Below, one piece after another: positions 62,640-64,000 of a stretch of 64,000 nt of DNA. The DNA is from Neoechinorhynchus agilis (lineage: Eukaryota; Animalia; Acanthocephala). The stretch lies in assembly GCA_051530055.1 (NCBI GenBank), contig CM121341.1, positions 7,356,784 to 7,420,783 of the forward strand, read 5' to 3'. Each line of letters begins with the position of its first letter. Positions within the stretch are counted from its first letter, which is position 1. A program made the position numbers and the translations under genes. The notes under the pieces are model-generated. The model did no database searches. It was given only the letters and a program-made list of their open reading frames with translations, and was not told where the DNA came from.

Positions 62640-64000
62640 TTAGTTGATAAGCCTTGGGAAAATGTCGGGATTATCTGACGAAGTCCATGGACCCCGTAAT
62701 TAACGCTGCGGCGGTTCCGGTTCACCCCCTAAGTCCATTGATGGTGTGCACCAGTGTAATCTCACGAGATCACCAGTACAAAATGAAAGGGAATATTGGG
62801 CGAGTTCTGCCCAGGAACGTTCTGGAAACAATCGCAAGGGGCGCGTGATATCAGGCCGCAAAGAGATTCACCTCTTCGTTGACAGACTGCATCGAGATTT
62901 ACTCAGTGTTGTCGTGGATGCATCTCTTTGCGTTCCCTAGACTAGTGTTTTCCGCTAGTGATGTTTCTGAGGGATCTCTGATACCAAAAATAAAAGAGCG
63001 AATAAATTCTTTTGACGAAAATTTTACTAAACGCCTTTCGACAGCATGCGAGCTACGTAAAGAGTGTGTCCAGGAGCTTGACCACCGCCGAAACTCAAAT
63101 CGGTCGCTTGCTGGACGCGTTTCTTCGAAGCTCGCAGACGTACATGTCAGAGGGTCAGTTCGTCTTTTATCATCAATGGACAGTCTCGCCAAAGATAACG
63201 AAGAAACTTTACTAACTCTTCGTTCCAAACATCCGAGTGACGGCGATCGGCAGTTTTTCGTTAAATCCTCCTCCTTCAACGCGATCCCTTATGTTTTATC
63301 ATCGAAATCAGAGGTGAAGATGGCAATATCCTCTTTTGCTAACGGATCAGCTCACGGGCTCAACGAGCTCCGGCCCCAACACCTAAAGGATATTAATTTC
63401 TTTTCAGTAGGTGACGCTGCTCTGTCCCTCGAAGATGCTTTGGAACGCCTAGTCGACCATTTGGCAGGGGAGAGTTGATTCCGAAAGCAATTGATTTATT
63501 TTTCTTCGCATCTTTATGTGCCTCGCAAAAAAGGGAGGTGGGATTCGTCCCATTGCAATTTAAATAACTCTGCGCCGCTTAACAGCAAAAATTTCAAATA
63601 AAAGGATTCCGGAAAAAGCAGGGATGCTTCCTCGCCATACTAAGGCTGCTGTACACCTTGTGGCGCCGAGGCGATTGTTTATTCACTCCGCAAGTTCATC
63701 ACCGGAAATTCAAAGCCGTGCGTGATCTTGAAATGTGATTTCAAGAATGCATTCAACACAGTTCACCCAGCAGATTTGCTCGAAGTAGTTAGAGATCACG
63801 CACCAGAACCCTTTTCTTCAATAACCACGTTTTGTGGTCAGAAAGAGGAGTTCAACAAGGGAACCCTTTGGCCCAATAGCCTTTCCACTTGCAGTCAATC
63901 CCGTCGCGCACTCTACCTGGACGATGCCACGCTCGGAGCACATCCCATCGCTGCCGTTGCGGTGCGACCGTGGAACCGTCGGAATACCATGGTCTCGTCT
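62640..64000 (+). mobile_element. Decayed CRE-clade non-LTR retrotransposon, RT N-terminal part; runs off the window
   Basis: VRLLSS.D, AISSFANGSAHGLNELRPQHLKD, KKGGGIRPIAI..TLRRLTAK, LKCDFKNAFNTV, GTLW, YLDDATLG with frameshifts. Confidence 0.9.

Overview
Eukaryotic, AT-rich DNA from a compact-genome invertebrate (inferred from metazoan gene families and mostly 40-60 bp GT-AG introns); not prokaryotic and no CRISPR. Layout: a 119-bp satellite (1-5039), a ~176-bp satellite (6350-8436), a head-to-head pair of secreted EGF/chitin-binding-like genes, an SLC24/NCKX exchanger, a class B1 GPCR, a 96-bp minisatellite and an unknown multi-exon gene. A ~9.8-kb-arm inverted duplication follows (28743-38567 vs 43295-53085), carrying H1-like, aromatic-peptide precursor and SLC22 genes plus LINE and CRE relics, with the window's only PABPN1 copy in its 4.7-kb spacer. 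The window ends with COQ6, an NPC1-like gene and a CRE-clade retrotransposon. Top lead: four recognisable genes (GPCR, SLC22 in both arms, COQ6, NPC1) and one unknown gene carry 37-224 bp interruptions. These are best removed at non-GT-AG boundaries, are flanked by 2-5 bp direct repeats and fold into hairpins, which suggests a second, non-canonical intron class (or precisely removed insertion class) beside normal introns. Support is strongest for the GPCR and SLC22; COQ6 and NPC1 have canonical but protein-damaging alternatives. Second lead: a multi-copy secreted precursor releasing a 24-aa peptide made only of W, F, G and P. All gene models and alignments were made by eye from memory of the families, so coordinates of decayed elements are approximate.
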